Below, one piece after another: positions 40,801-54,036 of a DNA stretch of 64,000 nucleotides. This DNA is from Paramecium tetraurelia (lineage: Eukaryota): assembly GCA_000165425.1 (NCBI GenBank), contig CT868004.1, forward strand, positions 186,001 to 250,000. The letters run 5' to 3'. The position numbers and the translations under genes are program-made. The notes beneath the pieces are model-generated. The model saw only the letters and a program-made list of their open reading frames with translations. It was not told where the DNA came from and searched no databases. Numbering within the stretch: position 1 is the first letter of the stretch; the number at the start of each line of letters is the position of its first letter.

Positions 40801-42142
40801 TCATCTCTAAGAATTTATTCTTCCTTTCTATATTCTCTATATTTCTTTCAATTTCAATTATTTGAATAACTAAACTAAAAATTTTAATTACATCCTATTT
40901 TTATTATAAATTTGTGCAATCTATTTCTGGAGATAATGACTTTGAATTTTAAATCATAAGCTTTTATTTAATAAAGGTTTCAACTTTCTACTCAAAACAA
41001 GTCCCCTATTCCAATTGTGAAGACCTTTGAGTAAATTGTTTCTTAATACAATTGGATTCTAAATTTTATTGCGAATTGCTGATGCTAGTGTTAGAAGGGA
41101 CTGTCTATTTGTTCGTTAAATTGAAGAAGAAGGACTGCTAGGAATTCCTTCTGGAAGTATTTGCATGATTACTTTAACCATATAACATCCTTTTTGGTTA
41201 TTAAGAAGACACGGTAAATTAATCATCAGATCTTAATTGTTTTAATAGCTTCTTATATATCTTCTGTGGGTCTTCATCTGGTTGAGCAGACAGTCTCTTC
41301 TTCTAAAAGATTGTCTATTTTTAATGATGCAAATTAGTCATAGCTCTCTACCTCAATCTTGATGTACTTGATTCTTGAAGATTGCTCATTGATTCAATTT
41401 TGTCAAGTGATTTGACCTGATGGAGTCTCACAATATCTTCGATGGAGGGAAAAGCTTTGAATTCTTATAAAAGAGAAGGTTTGGAGTTGTCCTAATCGAG
41501 AAGGTGAAATAACTTTTATCCAGCTACTTCAACATATAATTTGGGCTGATTGCTTTTTTATTACGTTTCCTCTTTTAATTTACTCAATTCTTAAGTCAAC
41601 CTCTCTGAATTTAATTTTGAGAATTCAAACCTTTGCATAGTGAGCTTGTCTCTTTCTGAAGTCTAGACTCTTAAATCGACAGGATTGTTATTTTTCAAAT
41701 GAAAACTATTGTCTTGTTTATTAGCAATATCGATAGTAAAACCAGAACCTAAATCAAACTTAGCCTCAGCTGCTCCGTTATACCATCCGTTAATTGCTCC
41801 AGATAGCAATTTATTCGTCTTCATGATTCTGTAATCAGCAGGACCATCAAATTTTCTAGTACTATCAATTTTACACAGTCTTCGCATTCCAAATTGTAAT
41901 GCTGTCTTTCTGTCTACATTCTAAGTTGTGGAAGAATGAAGTAACTTACATTCTCCTTCAAAAAGAGGAAATGTATTGCTCTATCAATTGGAGCAGGATC
42001 AGATGGTCTATCTTTGAACTTCGAGCATTATCCAAAAAAGGCCACCTTTGCTAATTTACATCGCATATACTTCTTCTTTTGCTGCTACTTTCAACGCATC
42101 CTCATAATTCATTCTTTTCCTCGTAGGAGCTTTTTTTTTCAT
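40801..42142 (-). CDS. Hypothetical protein
   Basis: MKKKAPTRKRMNYEDALKVAAKEE / 25-nt intron / VAFFGQCSKFKDRPSDPAPIDRAIHFLFLKEN / 29-nt intron / NVDRKTALQFGMRRLCKIDSTRKFDGPADY... The exact 3' end is uncertain. Confidence 0.7.
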
Positions 42143-43681
42143 TTAATAAAAATATCAGTTCAGAGTATGGTATTCTTAATATATCAAAGAAGAGAATCTA
42201 AAAAGCATTCCAAATCCATCTTAAATATTGGTTTAACTGGACCTAACTAAAATCAAAAGGTTTTTTATAATCTTTAACATCTGTTACTCTATGCTTCAGG
42301 AGGAAAAGAAGATTAGATCAATCAATGTTAAATGACTATTTTCAAAGGGAGATTATAGTAAATTGTGTAATCTATATTATCCCTTAGTATCTTGTATACA
42401 CTTAAGGTATATATCTTAATCAAAATGTAAATTTTTCATAGTTTTTTCTATCATTAGTAATTTTGAAAATTATATTTGACTAAATTCATATTCTCTAGCA
42501 TCGCCAGACCATAATTTCGATAATTACCGCATAATATTAGTATTTAATTAATACGAGAACCAGGAAATTATATATAATGGGGCTTTTATTAATCTATATG
42601 TAAAGTGATAATTCAAAAAATCAATATCATGTGAAATATCATTTTATTTATTTAGCTTATTATTTGTAAAACTAATATTATTTTTAAACTCACAAATGAT
42701 TTCTATTAAAATATTCTTGAATGATTAATGTTTACTCAAACTTGTTGATTCTAAATTGCTTTCAACCAAATAAATATTATGACATACATTTACATAATCA
42801 ATATTCGATTTTCTTGATTTTTAGCAGGTCTAAAATTGTCCTAATTTAATTCAATATTCATATAAATGAGATTTAGTGTTACTCTAAGAGGTGTATAAAT
42901 TCAGTAAGAATTAGCATTTTAAATCACTAATAAAGAAATAATGATTAAATGCTGAAATATGCAATCAAATCTTCTTTATAGTTATAACTTATGGAAATCT
43001 TAGTTATATTTTTGTCTCTCCAAAATAAATGTTTCTATTATCATTACAGAAAGATAAATAATTTTGAAATAATTGGATTCTCTGAAAAAAAATAGAACAT
43101 AATAAATATTTTAATCAAACTTCTCTACGACTCCCTCAGATAATTTGAGATTATATAAATAAAATAAATAATATAAAATTTAGACTGATTTAAACTATCT
43201 TCCCATAATTGCTCTTGTTCAAGGATTGAGGAAAATACCTCTGCCTCAATATTCTAAAATACTTGGTTTGATATATTTATTCCTGGCGAGTATTACAAAA
43301 AGAACAATAATCATCTAAAACTTTATTTAGAATGTTTATTTATGCTAATAAGAACTACTTATAGTAATATAATGAAATCATTTCTTGGGAATGTTGCAAT
43401 TTAATGGGAGTAAAATGAGCTAATTTATATTTAATTAAAATATATTAATTTTCATGAACATTATAAAAAGTTCTAGAAAATTCCCATTGCTAAAAATAAT
43501 ATCAATAATCGCCATTTATGTATTTTATTATGTTTCCTTAATTTATCCATTGTAAAATCAAACTAACAGATAAAATTCACACTTTCCCTCGCTATTTACC
43601 ATTACAAATACATACTTTTTAAGTTATTTAAAGTGAATAAAGTTGTTTTACATTATAAATTTTAATAAATACTTGCTTTAT

Positions 43682-44149
43682 ATGAAATCTGAATGTTTAC
43701 ACAATTCAAATCGAGATTCTATGATAAAAAGTCTTCTACATAAAAAAAGAAGACAAACATTTACCTCGTGTATTACAAATTCTGAAACAAAGGAAGAATT
43801 CTTATACAGATAAACGATTTACGAGAAACTATATAAATCCTACTAGTATAACGAATCAATCCCAAAAGATTTCAAGAAATAAAATCCTTCTAGTGATGGA
43901 AATGGAATTAAATGCTAGATTCTTCAAAAAAGAGAAAGTTATGCAAACTATTTCATATTTAAAGATGATCAATTAGAACAATAATAAAGATCAATTGAAA
44001 CAATAGCTGAGTTTCTAAGGAACTAGAAGAAACTTACTATGGATAAATAAGTTCCAATTGAATGCAAATAGAAATAATATAATTTACTAATGATCTTGGT
44101 GATTGTCCTACCTATTTTATGCATCTTAACAGTTTTAGCAGAGCTTTGA
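43682..44149 (+). CDS. 155-aa tail-anchored membrane protein (paralogue of 62349-62870)
   Basis: Intronless ORF with KEEFLYRQTIYEKLY, SIETIAEFLRNQKK and a C-terminal TM NLLMILVIVLPILCILTVLAEL. Confidence 0.8.
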
Positions 44150-44675
44150 TGAATAAAATATATCAATTTATATCTATAAAAATAATTTATTTCCAAATTA
44201 AAATTGAATCAAAAAAGGCACTTATTAAAAAGAAAATTTAAAATAAAATGGAGAATTGTAATGAATTTTAAATATATAAATAATTTAACTATTTAACTCT
44301 ATTTGTTTTTTGTATATCAAAACGATGTAATCCTTTGTTAAATATAATTTATAATGAAACAACCTTAATTTAATAAATATAATTTAAATAAAAAATAAGT
44401 TTTTTAACTTAGATTCTAATCCAATATTATTATTTAATTTTATGCTTATATCAATTAAAATATTTAAAGTGAAATAAAAGATACCATTTTTATGAAGTTT
44501 TCCACATGAGAGATCATTTTTCATAGCTAAGATCTTTTGAGATGGAGTATTCAAAGGTAATAAAAAAGAATAAATTATTTTTGATTAATTTGAAATAAAG
44601 AAAACTCTTTATTAAAGAAAACATAAACAAATCATTTCCAATTTGAAGGAGGCATGCCTTTATTTTTTTTAACTC

Positions 44676-46480
44676 TCATTTCAGGTTAAAATGTTGCTAT
44701 GTATCTATTGTAAGTGACTTCATCTAAAATGACATCGTATTCCATTATTGTTGGATCCCCTTTCTTGATAGGAGGTATTTACATTTCATTCTTAACTCCT
44801 GAAATGTTACCATTATCATATAACCATCTAAGTCTTTCGAAATGCTATTCTATATTATATCTAATTCTGTATAATTTCTTATTCAAAATTTGATTTGATT
44901 TTTCCTCCATTACTTACAGCAACTTTTTGATATTGATATTCATTAATGCACTTACAGGCACTATTGGATAATCCTAAGATTCAATGAACTCATAATCAAT
45001 AGGATAGCTCATCAAATCGATTTTATTCCATACTTCAATCTAAATTAATAATTAGACATACCATTTTCTTATTGTAGAAATCTTGATTAAACCCTAATTC
45101 CTTAAGGACATCAAGGACAACTTATTTTTATTACTCTGTACAAGGATGAGATATATCTCTAATGTGTAAAACAATATCAGCATCTTCTACTTCTTCAAGG
45201 GTACACTTAAAGGATTCTACTAAATCATGTGGTAGATCTGTAATGAATCCAATGGTATCGAGCATAATAGCTTTCTACCCAGAGGCTAATCTAATAGATT
45301 TTGAGGTTGTATCTAAAGTCTAAAAGAGTAAATCTTTACTCTAGACTACATCCTTTTATAATATACAGTTTAATAATTAAGACTTACCAGCATTAGTGTA
45401 TCCAATCAATGCAATTCTGGGAACAGTGTGAATAAGCTTCTTGCGTTTAATTTTGGATCGTTATTAACATTCTTCTTCAATAAGTTTTTTGACTTTAGCA
45501 ATCCTATCGTCTATAAGTCTTCTTTATAATTAGAGTTCGCTCTCTCCTGATCCACTCATTTTCCCTAAGGCCCTTCTTTGCTTGGCTGATACAACTTCAA
45601 CATACACTTCCTTAGCCATCATGAGATCTCCTTTGAAGATTGATGAGAGTGATACAAAGGCACTTCCACTTCTTACTAATTTAGTTTTGGCAAATCTGAG
45701 AAACGACAATTCAATCTATAATCTGGAAACACCTTGTGTGGATCTTTTGGCAAATATTTATAAAATCATAGTGAATCGATCAAACACTTTTACAGAGAGA
45801 CCTTCAAATTCACTATCAGAATCAATTTCATCTGGTATATTTTCAGTGCTTTCATTATTCTCATTAATATCTTCCTTAATGGCCGATGTAATTTCTCCTC
45901 TTGAATATTGAGTCCATAGTTTTTCTAGGTTTCTAGTTTATAAGGGTGTTAATTCATGATTTATGAAGACGGCATTAATTTTTTTGGATTGAATGTGTTA
46001 TCCCAACATGGCTAGCTTACCTTTTGTAAAGAATGTGGTTGAATGAATTCGAGGTATTTTGACAAGTGATGATTTTGCAATTGAATTTCTGATAATTTTA
46101 TTTCTCCACTCATGACCTAGATCATCTTCATTCATTTGAAAGTCTTATACTTTATTTTACTCTTTTGATTGATCTCCTTAATTTTCTTCGTCTTCATCAA
46201 TTTTGCCTTGACTTCTTCTGATATCCTGAGTATATTCTTGTTTCCAGAGAGGTCCTTATTCTAGAGTCCAATTCAATGATTTTGATAAGCCAATTGCTTC
46301 CTCAGCCATATACAATTCCAATTCTGGTCCTTTGTTGGGATAGAAGACTGGATGTAAGACCATACAATTGACAGGTTGTGAAGCGAGTTGTTACTTGGGG
46401 GGAGTAGATTTTGCAAAATCGAGAGTTTCTTTGGAGAATCTATACTTAGCAATGATGTTACTTAATTTCTTGATTAGCAT
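44676..46480 (-). CDS. GTPBP6: HflX-family GTPase (GTPBP6-like), probably mitochondrial
   Basis: FFTKGK, LTPLQTRNLEK, VFDRFTMILQIFAKRS, SGSGESEL, G1 IGYTNAGKS, LFQTLDTT, DTIGFITDLPHDLVESFKCTLEE, NKID, PISAL. The basic N-terminus looks like a mitochondrial presequence. Confidence 0.93.
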
Positions 46481-46490
46481 ATATTAATTA

Positions 46491-47201
46491 ATGAACAAAT
46501 TAAAATTTCCTACTGATAACGAGAATAATGAGTTCTTTGATGAGGATGCCATTTCAAAGTCGACCATTTAAGCAGTGAATAATTCATTCGACAAAGAACA
46601 ATTGGACGAATAAATTGAAAGACCCTTCACACCTGTGGATGCTTAAATCGAAATGATACCGAAGGAACAGTGTCCTCATTGCAAACGGCAATTCTTCGAG
46701 GGTCGTCTAACATTACACTTACGTAGTTGTACAGCTCAACATCCATTTGTAAAAAAATCCAAGAAATAAAAAACATAAGAATTGCACACATAGCCCACCT
46801 TATTGCCCTGTCCATATTGTCATAAGAAATACAGAAATCTAAAGGCACACACATGTTAAGCGAGAACAAAAGCATTGGACAAATACAAGGTGGTTGCTTA
46901 GATTAATGAAGAAGAAGAGGCAGATGAAACTTTGATCTAGGAACTCTCCTCAAGTCAACCATCATTTCTACCCAAAATAAAACAGAGAGTTGAAAGCATA
47001 TTATCACGTTCAGTGCCCATAGCTAAGTGTCCCCAATGTTAGAAGACATTTGAACAAAAAGCATACGAAAAGCATATCACTCTCTGCATACGCATGAATA
47101 GTGGAAATAAATTTCAACGCAGTATCTTCTGCACAAATTGTGGCAGTAAATTCGCCAACAATCACAAATACTGTGGTTCATGTGGTAAAAAAAGACTATG
47201 A
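46491..47201 (+). CDS. C2HC zinc-finger protein with a C-terminal zinc ribbon (ZC2HC1-like)
   Basis: CPHCKRQFFEGRLTLHLRSC; CPYCHKKYRNLKAHTC; CPQCQKTFEQKAYEKHITLC; FCTNCGSKFANNHKYCGSCGKKRL-TGA. Intronless, 236 aa. Confidence 0.88.
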
Positions 47202-47230
47202 TAATTATATAATGACAATTGTTTTTATTC

Positions 47231-48177
47231 TCACAACTTAGCCTTCTATTTTAATCTCTTATCCACAAAATCAGGAAAGATAGGTCTCACATAAACACTC
47301 AAATAAGCTTTAAATGGAAAGAAGATCTACTCAAAATTAAATCTATACTTTGCGAGCCCTCCTGTCAGCTGCATCCAAAATCATAGACACACACTCTGAT
47401 ATTGTAATTCTATCCTCGCTCTCATCCTTAGGGGAATGCTTCTTTAATAAATCGTGATCCCTCATTGGAGTACGTACACTTGGAGGACACACTATTGTTA
47501 TGGCGACATTGAAATCTTCCAACTCTGTCCTAAGTGCTTCAAAGAACCCTGTAACTGCAAACTTTGAACTGCAATATGGTACTCTGTAAGGTAGTCCAAT
47601 CTCTCCTGAGATCGAAGACATTACAACAAACTGACCTGAACTCCTTCTTATGTGTGGTAATGCATATCTAAATGAATCTCAATTACACTTACTTAGTACA
47701 ATATACATATCCATAAAAATTGATATCCATGATCTTCTTAAAAATTGATAAATCTTTGAATTCTTCAAAAAATGAATGTGCATTGACTCCAGCATTCAAC
47801 ACCAAAATATCGATTCTATTGAATATTCTCACTGTCTCCTCTATCAACTATCTCTCAATCTTAAATCATTCAATACTTGCAATCCTCTTCTTTAGATACA
47901 TCTGTGATCTTATAATGAGCTCTCGATCCCAGTTATTCGCATAATGCACAAACTTCCTTTAATTCCTCTTCTGATCTTGCAGCCAACATCAATCTAATCC
48001 AATTAACCATATTTATACTTGACTCCTCTCGTTGCATATTGTAAGGCCAATTCACGTCCAATTCCACTTGATGCTCCTGTGATCACGATTACAGAGTTTG
48101 CTATACTATAAATCAACTAGTTTACGCTTAAACTATTTAGTCTTTGTCAATTTCAATATTTGCTATTGATTACCCAT
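47231..48177 (-). CDS. Short-chain dehydrogenase/reductase (DHRS7-like) with C-terminal PTS1 (AKL)
   Basis: VIVITGASSGIGRELA, VLNAGV, catalytic YCSSK; ends QKAKL-TGA. Confidence 0.93.
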
Positions 48178-48542
48178 TCAATTTATAATTTAATAATTAA
48201 GAATAATGTTTAATAAAAGTCTTTACTTACCATATATATTATAAAGTATACTCAAAATTAATTATTTTGTGATTGATTATTGTTTATATTGTTTAATTTA
48301 TGAATTTCATTTAAATTATTTCATTTTTCGCAATTCTCTACCTTCCTCCAATTTCAGTTCTTAGCTCTCCCCAGATTTTATACTATCCTGAATATATTGT
48401 TATTGATAATACTTAATTTGTACAATTAATATGAATTTTGTAGTTATTTAATCACAAAAGCCAATTATTAATCAAAAATAAATAGATTATTTAACAACAA
48501 AATATATGTATGTATAATATCTATTTTCTTATTAATATTGAG

Positions 48543-49719
48543 ATGCAAAGTGTGTAGAGAGAGTTCTTGGCATTTTGAACACTTAGAAGGTTGAGGGATT
48601 TTTGGAAATTATGGATGATTAGTTTGCGACATTTATTGATAGCAAATGTTGAGTGTAGGATTCACGACTTTTAAGAGAATTTACTATTTTAAATGAGGAA
48701 TATAATTTATCTTAAATAAAATCAATTATTTATGAGGAAGTGTTGGAAATTGATTATAAATAATATAAATATCAGTGAAATTAAGTTTGATATGAAATAG
48801 AAGGTAATTCTGAATCTTGCGATTGGTATACAGATGGTTGAGAATACTTTGTTCATAAATGACTGCGTTTACTCGATACTTTATGAGCATTACGAGGTAG
48901 TTCAATTATAATATCAGAGTATGTTGCCATGGTTATATTATGTGCATTTATAATTATAATACTACTTTTCTTATTGGGGAACACGAAAGGTACGTACGAT
49001 TCCTGATTTAGTGACTATATTTAATACGAAGCAACTAAAGTTTTAGCAAGCCTGCTTGGGTTGTGGAAGAGCGAGTAAAGATTTCAAGTGCAAGGAGTGC
49101 CAAATTTGCTCGAATTGTAATAGTAAATTTCACTCTATTTTTCTGAACAAATGTTTGGATGACAATTAATTACAGTATTGAATGCATGATAATGAAAGAT
49201 ACATTTTCAAGAACATATGGTTGTTGGTACTAAAATGTTTATTGTGTATATCTGTAAGGATATTTGCAATAATATCTTATTTGGAGGATGACACGCAACT
49301 ATTTCTTGTAAAGATTAAATCCAAATTAGCTCTTCTATGTGAGTTTGTGCGGGGGTGTGGTGCTGGATCTGACCATTTCAATATTCCTAATCATAATCCA
49401 ACAGTTGTTGTCAAAAGAGCAAAGCAACACCCAAAATTTGGTGAAGAGAAGTGAGGAGGTATTGGATGCGAAGATTGATTCTATAGGATAAGGGGGCAGT
49501 ACTAGTAGTACTCAATTAAATAAGCAAATGAAAATATTGGAATTCCTGGAGAAGAAATTGAGTCATCGAAACAATTTTGTGAATCCTAAGAAGATGCACG
49601 AAACTGAACCAATGCCTATCATGTTTGATGAAAATGAAGAGGACGTGGTTCAATCTCAAATGTAATAGCTAAATGGATTTGTTCCATTGACTTTGAGTAA
49701 TATAATTAAATAATAATGA
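48543..49719 (+). CDS. Hypothetical multi-exon protein
   Basis: Coding-like composition with several tiny introns. The last exon ...QMKILEFLEKKLSHRNNFVNPKKMHETEPMPIMFDENEED...SNIIKQQ-TGA is clear. The 5' exon structure is uncertain. Confidence 0.55.
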
Positions 49720-52403
49720 GTTCTTATCGTAAAAATTGCTCAAAATCAGAAATCTCTGTAAATGACACGGCCAATAATGTTCCAGTCTTGCAACAAATAA
49801 ACTCGCTGAATTCTTAGCCCATCATGCAAGTTCGAAGGCCGAGTGATTTAAATAGTTCCTTCACTCCAATCGACTCTCAACATAGTATTAGAACCTCCAT
49901 TACAATAGAATAGGTACTCATAATGTGTAGAAATCACCACTTTGTACATCAGGAGCACAGGATGGCAGAGCAACGCCATTGAATCTTATAAATGAAGAGT
50001 CGAGTGTGAATGAACATTCAGACAATAAGGCCTTTGAGTCTCTAATATATAAGAAGGTGCCTCCCCAGATCAACGAGTTTATTTTCAAGGAACCAGTACA
50101 TTGGAGTCAAATATTTACTCATTAAGGTACATGTAGGGATGATGATTCATGCAATAAGTATGGATAATATTTGGGTGACAACTCTTTTCCTCTAGAAAAC
50201 GGCAAACCCGAACTCTCAACAAATATCAAACCGATAGTAATCATAATTTAAGTCCTCCTTTATATATATTACATGTATTAATTTCCACTCCTGCTGTATG
50301 GAGTGGCTTATTCAGACTATAATCTAACATACCAGTTGTAAACCTAACTCCCGTTGCTCTTTTTAAACTTCCTATTGTTTAGTTTGAACAGATAGAAGAC
50401 TGCTAAATTTATCGACTATTTGCCATTGGGTGCTTTTATTCCCTTTATTTGCACTTTGATTGATTTCAAGTATTCATTGCGATTATCATAGATAGCAAGT
50501 AATATTCATGTAGATCATACACATCGTGACATTCACAAGGTTCTATCAAATATTCAAGCAGTTGTTCTAACTCTCCATATGTTTCAAATAATACTCCATT
50601 TATTTCTTCACTTTAAGAATATCTTAAATTCACCTCTTCCAAATTATTTGTGGATTCCTTATAGTAATCACACAAGTCAATTAAAATCCTGAGAGTTTGA
50701 ATGATGATACCAATCATTAGAGTTTGAATGAGTTCTACTAAAATCAATGCAGTTTATTCAATATCCTCATCATAGCAAACAACAAATCCATCCTGATATA
50801 CCCAATCAAAATCATGGTGCTGATATTCCTGGTTTATCAATTCACCATCATAAGCAATTAGATTAATCATCTATATCAAAATCAAAGTACTTTGATATCA
50901 GGGCTAGTTGAGTTATCAAAAATTATCCAGCAATTGCCATTCGATCTCAGATACGAAAGTCTATTGATATCAAATAAATAAATTCAATCTAGATTGAAAA
51001 CAAGGAACCTGATCGATTATGATAGATTACCGAATTCATTGTCTACTAAATTGTTGCATGAATAGTACTCGAAAATTGTGAGGAAAATACCACTAATAGA
51101 CAAGTGTTTGAGCAAAGCCTCAATAGCAAGTATATTAAAGAATGCAACCAAGGAAAGAATTCTAGAGCCGAATGAAGTTCTGATTGAAGCTTAATAAGAG
51201 AATAAGTTCTTATACTTCATCTTATCAGGAAAGGTCAGATGTTACTAGCAAAGATAAAATAAACAATTTCCAATAGCTATCAATGAAAATGGAATTTATA
51301 ATCAGAATGGGTTCTTTTTGGAATAGCAATCTGAAATCGGAGTTTAATGTGAAACTTGTTGCAAGATATTGGAAATCAATCCAGACGAGTTCTGGAAAGA
51401 GGTTAGAAGGAGTATCACTGAACTTGAGAAAATCAAGATGTGTTTAGATAGAGTGCAATTCAATTAGGAATATAAATTAATTGGAGTGTCTTGTTAGATT
51501 TGCAGAGGGAATCACAAGATTGACAGTTGCAAGAAAGTCCATTATGTGCCTCCAAGATAGATGCTGATGGATTACATCTACTTTGATGAGATCAACAAAA
51601 GATAGACATTTCAAAGGGTAAATAATTGTAAAATACAATAGAGAAATCATACAAGGAAGTTCAGTTGTATGAAGAATACCAGCATGATTGAATAAGTAGT
51701 CTGCAACGTAAGACATCTGATGTTACTCTCATCTGAAACATTCAAACGTCCCAAGACAATCACCAGTCTAGGAATGTAATTAGATTAATAGCACTCTGAT
51801 CATTCCGAAGAAGAGGATCACCATAAGATGTCTTAGTATGTATAAAACTTGAGTCCTGTTTAATATGCACCTTAAGTGGGCAGTAGTGCTAGTTCTTATA
51901 TGCTGAAGGAATTAAAACAGGCATAACAATTAAAATCACCGAAGGATAGTTTCATGGTGCATCAAAAGAGATATCAGGAGAAAAGGTAATCTCATGTGAC
52001 CAAAGTCGAAAGAGGTTTGAGATCTTCAATATTCTAGATTTGAGTCCGTCGATTATAAAATATGCTACAATTTAGGATAAAAGAAGTCAAAAGTCAAAAT
52101 CAATCATTAGTGAAGATCATGGCAATGGAATCCTATAAAGTTCAGATCATCGACAATTCTCGAAATACGGCATATAATCATCTAAATTTACCAATGAAAC
52201 AGCCAAGTAATTTTAGAATAACCCCTTTGATATGCCCTTATACGATCTTAATCAATCCATCGATAACAATCATAGCTACAGTGATTATTATCCAAGAAAT
52301 AATATAGATCAGGTATACACTTATCTCTAATTACAAGGCTCTCTTCTCCTATAAATAATATCAAGACAGTATAATATCAAATAAGAGCAAACAGAACAGT
52401 TGA
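49716..52403 (+). CDS. Degenerate cyclic-nucleotide-binding-domain cation channel-like protein
   Basis: TM region at ~50230-50860. cNMP-binding-like ILEPNEVLIEAQQENKFLYFILSGKV...CETCCKILEINPDEF. Family-typical CQICRGNHKIDSCKKVHYVP and C-terminal IDNNHSYSDYYPRNNI. Confidence 0.75.
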
Positions 52404-52519
52404 TTAATTCTATAATTGTTTATAATAACAATAAGCATTTCATTATCTTGCAAATCTTCCTTGCATTCAATAGATTCCATTAATAATGTAAAATCATATT
52501 TAAATAATCTTACAATATT

Positions 52520-54036
52520 ATGTATCACTACGATGGAAATGGACAATCTCCTAATTATTGCCAATAGGAGAAACTAGTCGCCAAGGTAGTCAGGAAAAAT
52601 GCCCAACAATGTCCTGCAATTAAGAACCACACCTCTGTGCATTACAAGAATTAAATTATAATTTTCGGGGGATATGATTCTAAGAAGAATCACCATGATA
52701 TTCACATCTACAGGGATGGACAATGGACCAAGTGCAAGGCTAATGGTAAGATCCCTGAAAGTAGAAATGGTCATTCTGCAACTGTGGTCGACAATAAAAT
52801 GTTTGTGATCGGAGGCTGGTTAGGAAGTGGAACCTATGCAAGTGGAGAAGTCTATGTTCTAGACCTCGATACTCTGACATGGACATTAGTAAATACAATC
52901 GGAGAAGTAATCGCAATTATTAAGTAGATTCCTGGTCCATGTAATATGCACAGTGCTGATCTTATTGGTTAATTGATCTACATCTTCAGGGGTGGAGACG
53001 GCAAGGATTATCTCAACGACTTACACAGTTTCGATGCAAATACCAATATTTGGAAATTCATACAAACTCCTGATAAGGATAAACCCCCTCCAAGAGCCAA
53101 TCATAGTTCTACAGTTTGGGAAAACAAACTCTTTATTTTTGGAGGATGGGACGGCAAGAAAAGATTAAATGATCTCTATTCTTACGATACATCCTCTAAT
53201 AAATGGAGTGAATTAAATGCTGCCTACTCACCCAGTGCAAGGGCAGGAATGTGTATGACAACTATAAACAATAACATCTATTTATTTGGAGGCAGTGGAC
53301 CATAAACAACTTGTTTCGGGGATTTATAATGCTATGATCCAATTAAAAATCAATGGACAATTGTAGAATTGTAAGACGAAGAACACTTTGATAAAGCCAG
53401 AGCTGGTCATAGCATGACAGCTATGGGTAATCTAATTTATATTTTCGGTGGGTCTTGTGGTACTTAGTACTTTAGAGACTTTTTTATCATTGATACTATC
53501 ACTCCTCCCAATATTCATATCCTGGATTTCAACAATATTTAAGTGAATAACTATTTTAAGTAATTCTACAATTCTCCTAAATACAGTGATCTCATCTTTT
53601 TCGTTGAGGGTCAATAATTTTATGCACATAAACTATGTAAATTTCCATTATATTACAGTATTATCTAGATATTAAAACTTCTCTAAGCTTTTCGAATCGG
53701 AATAGCAGAATGAAGAATAGAAAATATACATCAAAGATACTTCTGCTGCAGTATTTGAATAATTACTATTGTATATATACACAGGAGAAGTAAGTAATCA
53801 AAGCTATTATTAATTAGCAACCAAGTGATCAATTTTCAACCTGTTTACAATAGGTCAAATCTTTGTTATCGACTGCTGATTACTATATGTTAGAAGATTT
53901 GAAATCCTTATGTGAGAAGATTCTTTGCAATTTCATTGATCAAAACTCTGTCTCTCAATTAAAATCATTTGCTGAATTATCTAATGCTACTTAACTATAC
54001 AAGTATTGTGATTGGTACCAAACTCATCATCTGTGA
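52520..54036 (+). CDS. Kelch-repeat + BTB/POZ protein (LZTR1-like)
   Basis: Six kelch repeats (IIIFGGYD, MFVIGGW, IYIFRGGDG, LFIFGGWDG, IYLFGGSG, IYIFGGSCG), then BTB YSDLIFFVEGQQFYAHKL...FEQLLLYIYTGE...ADYYMLEDLKSLCE. Confidence 0.92.

Noticed and set aside
48543..49719. Initial impression of V-ATPase subunit H
   Set aside because: No diagnostic motifs could be confirmed, so it is left as hypothetical.
52062..52307. Separate small gene suggested by the ORF track
   Set aside because: A 23-nt intron at ~52015-52037 joins this region, in another frame, to the channel-like gene, giving the family-typical C-terminal motif.
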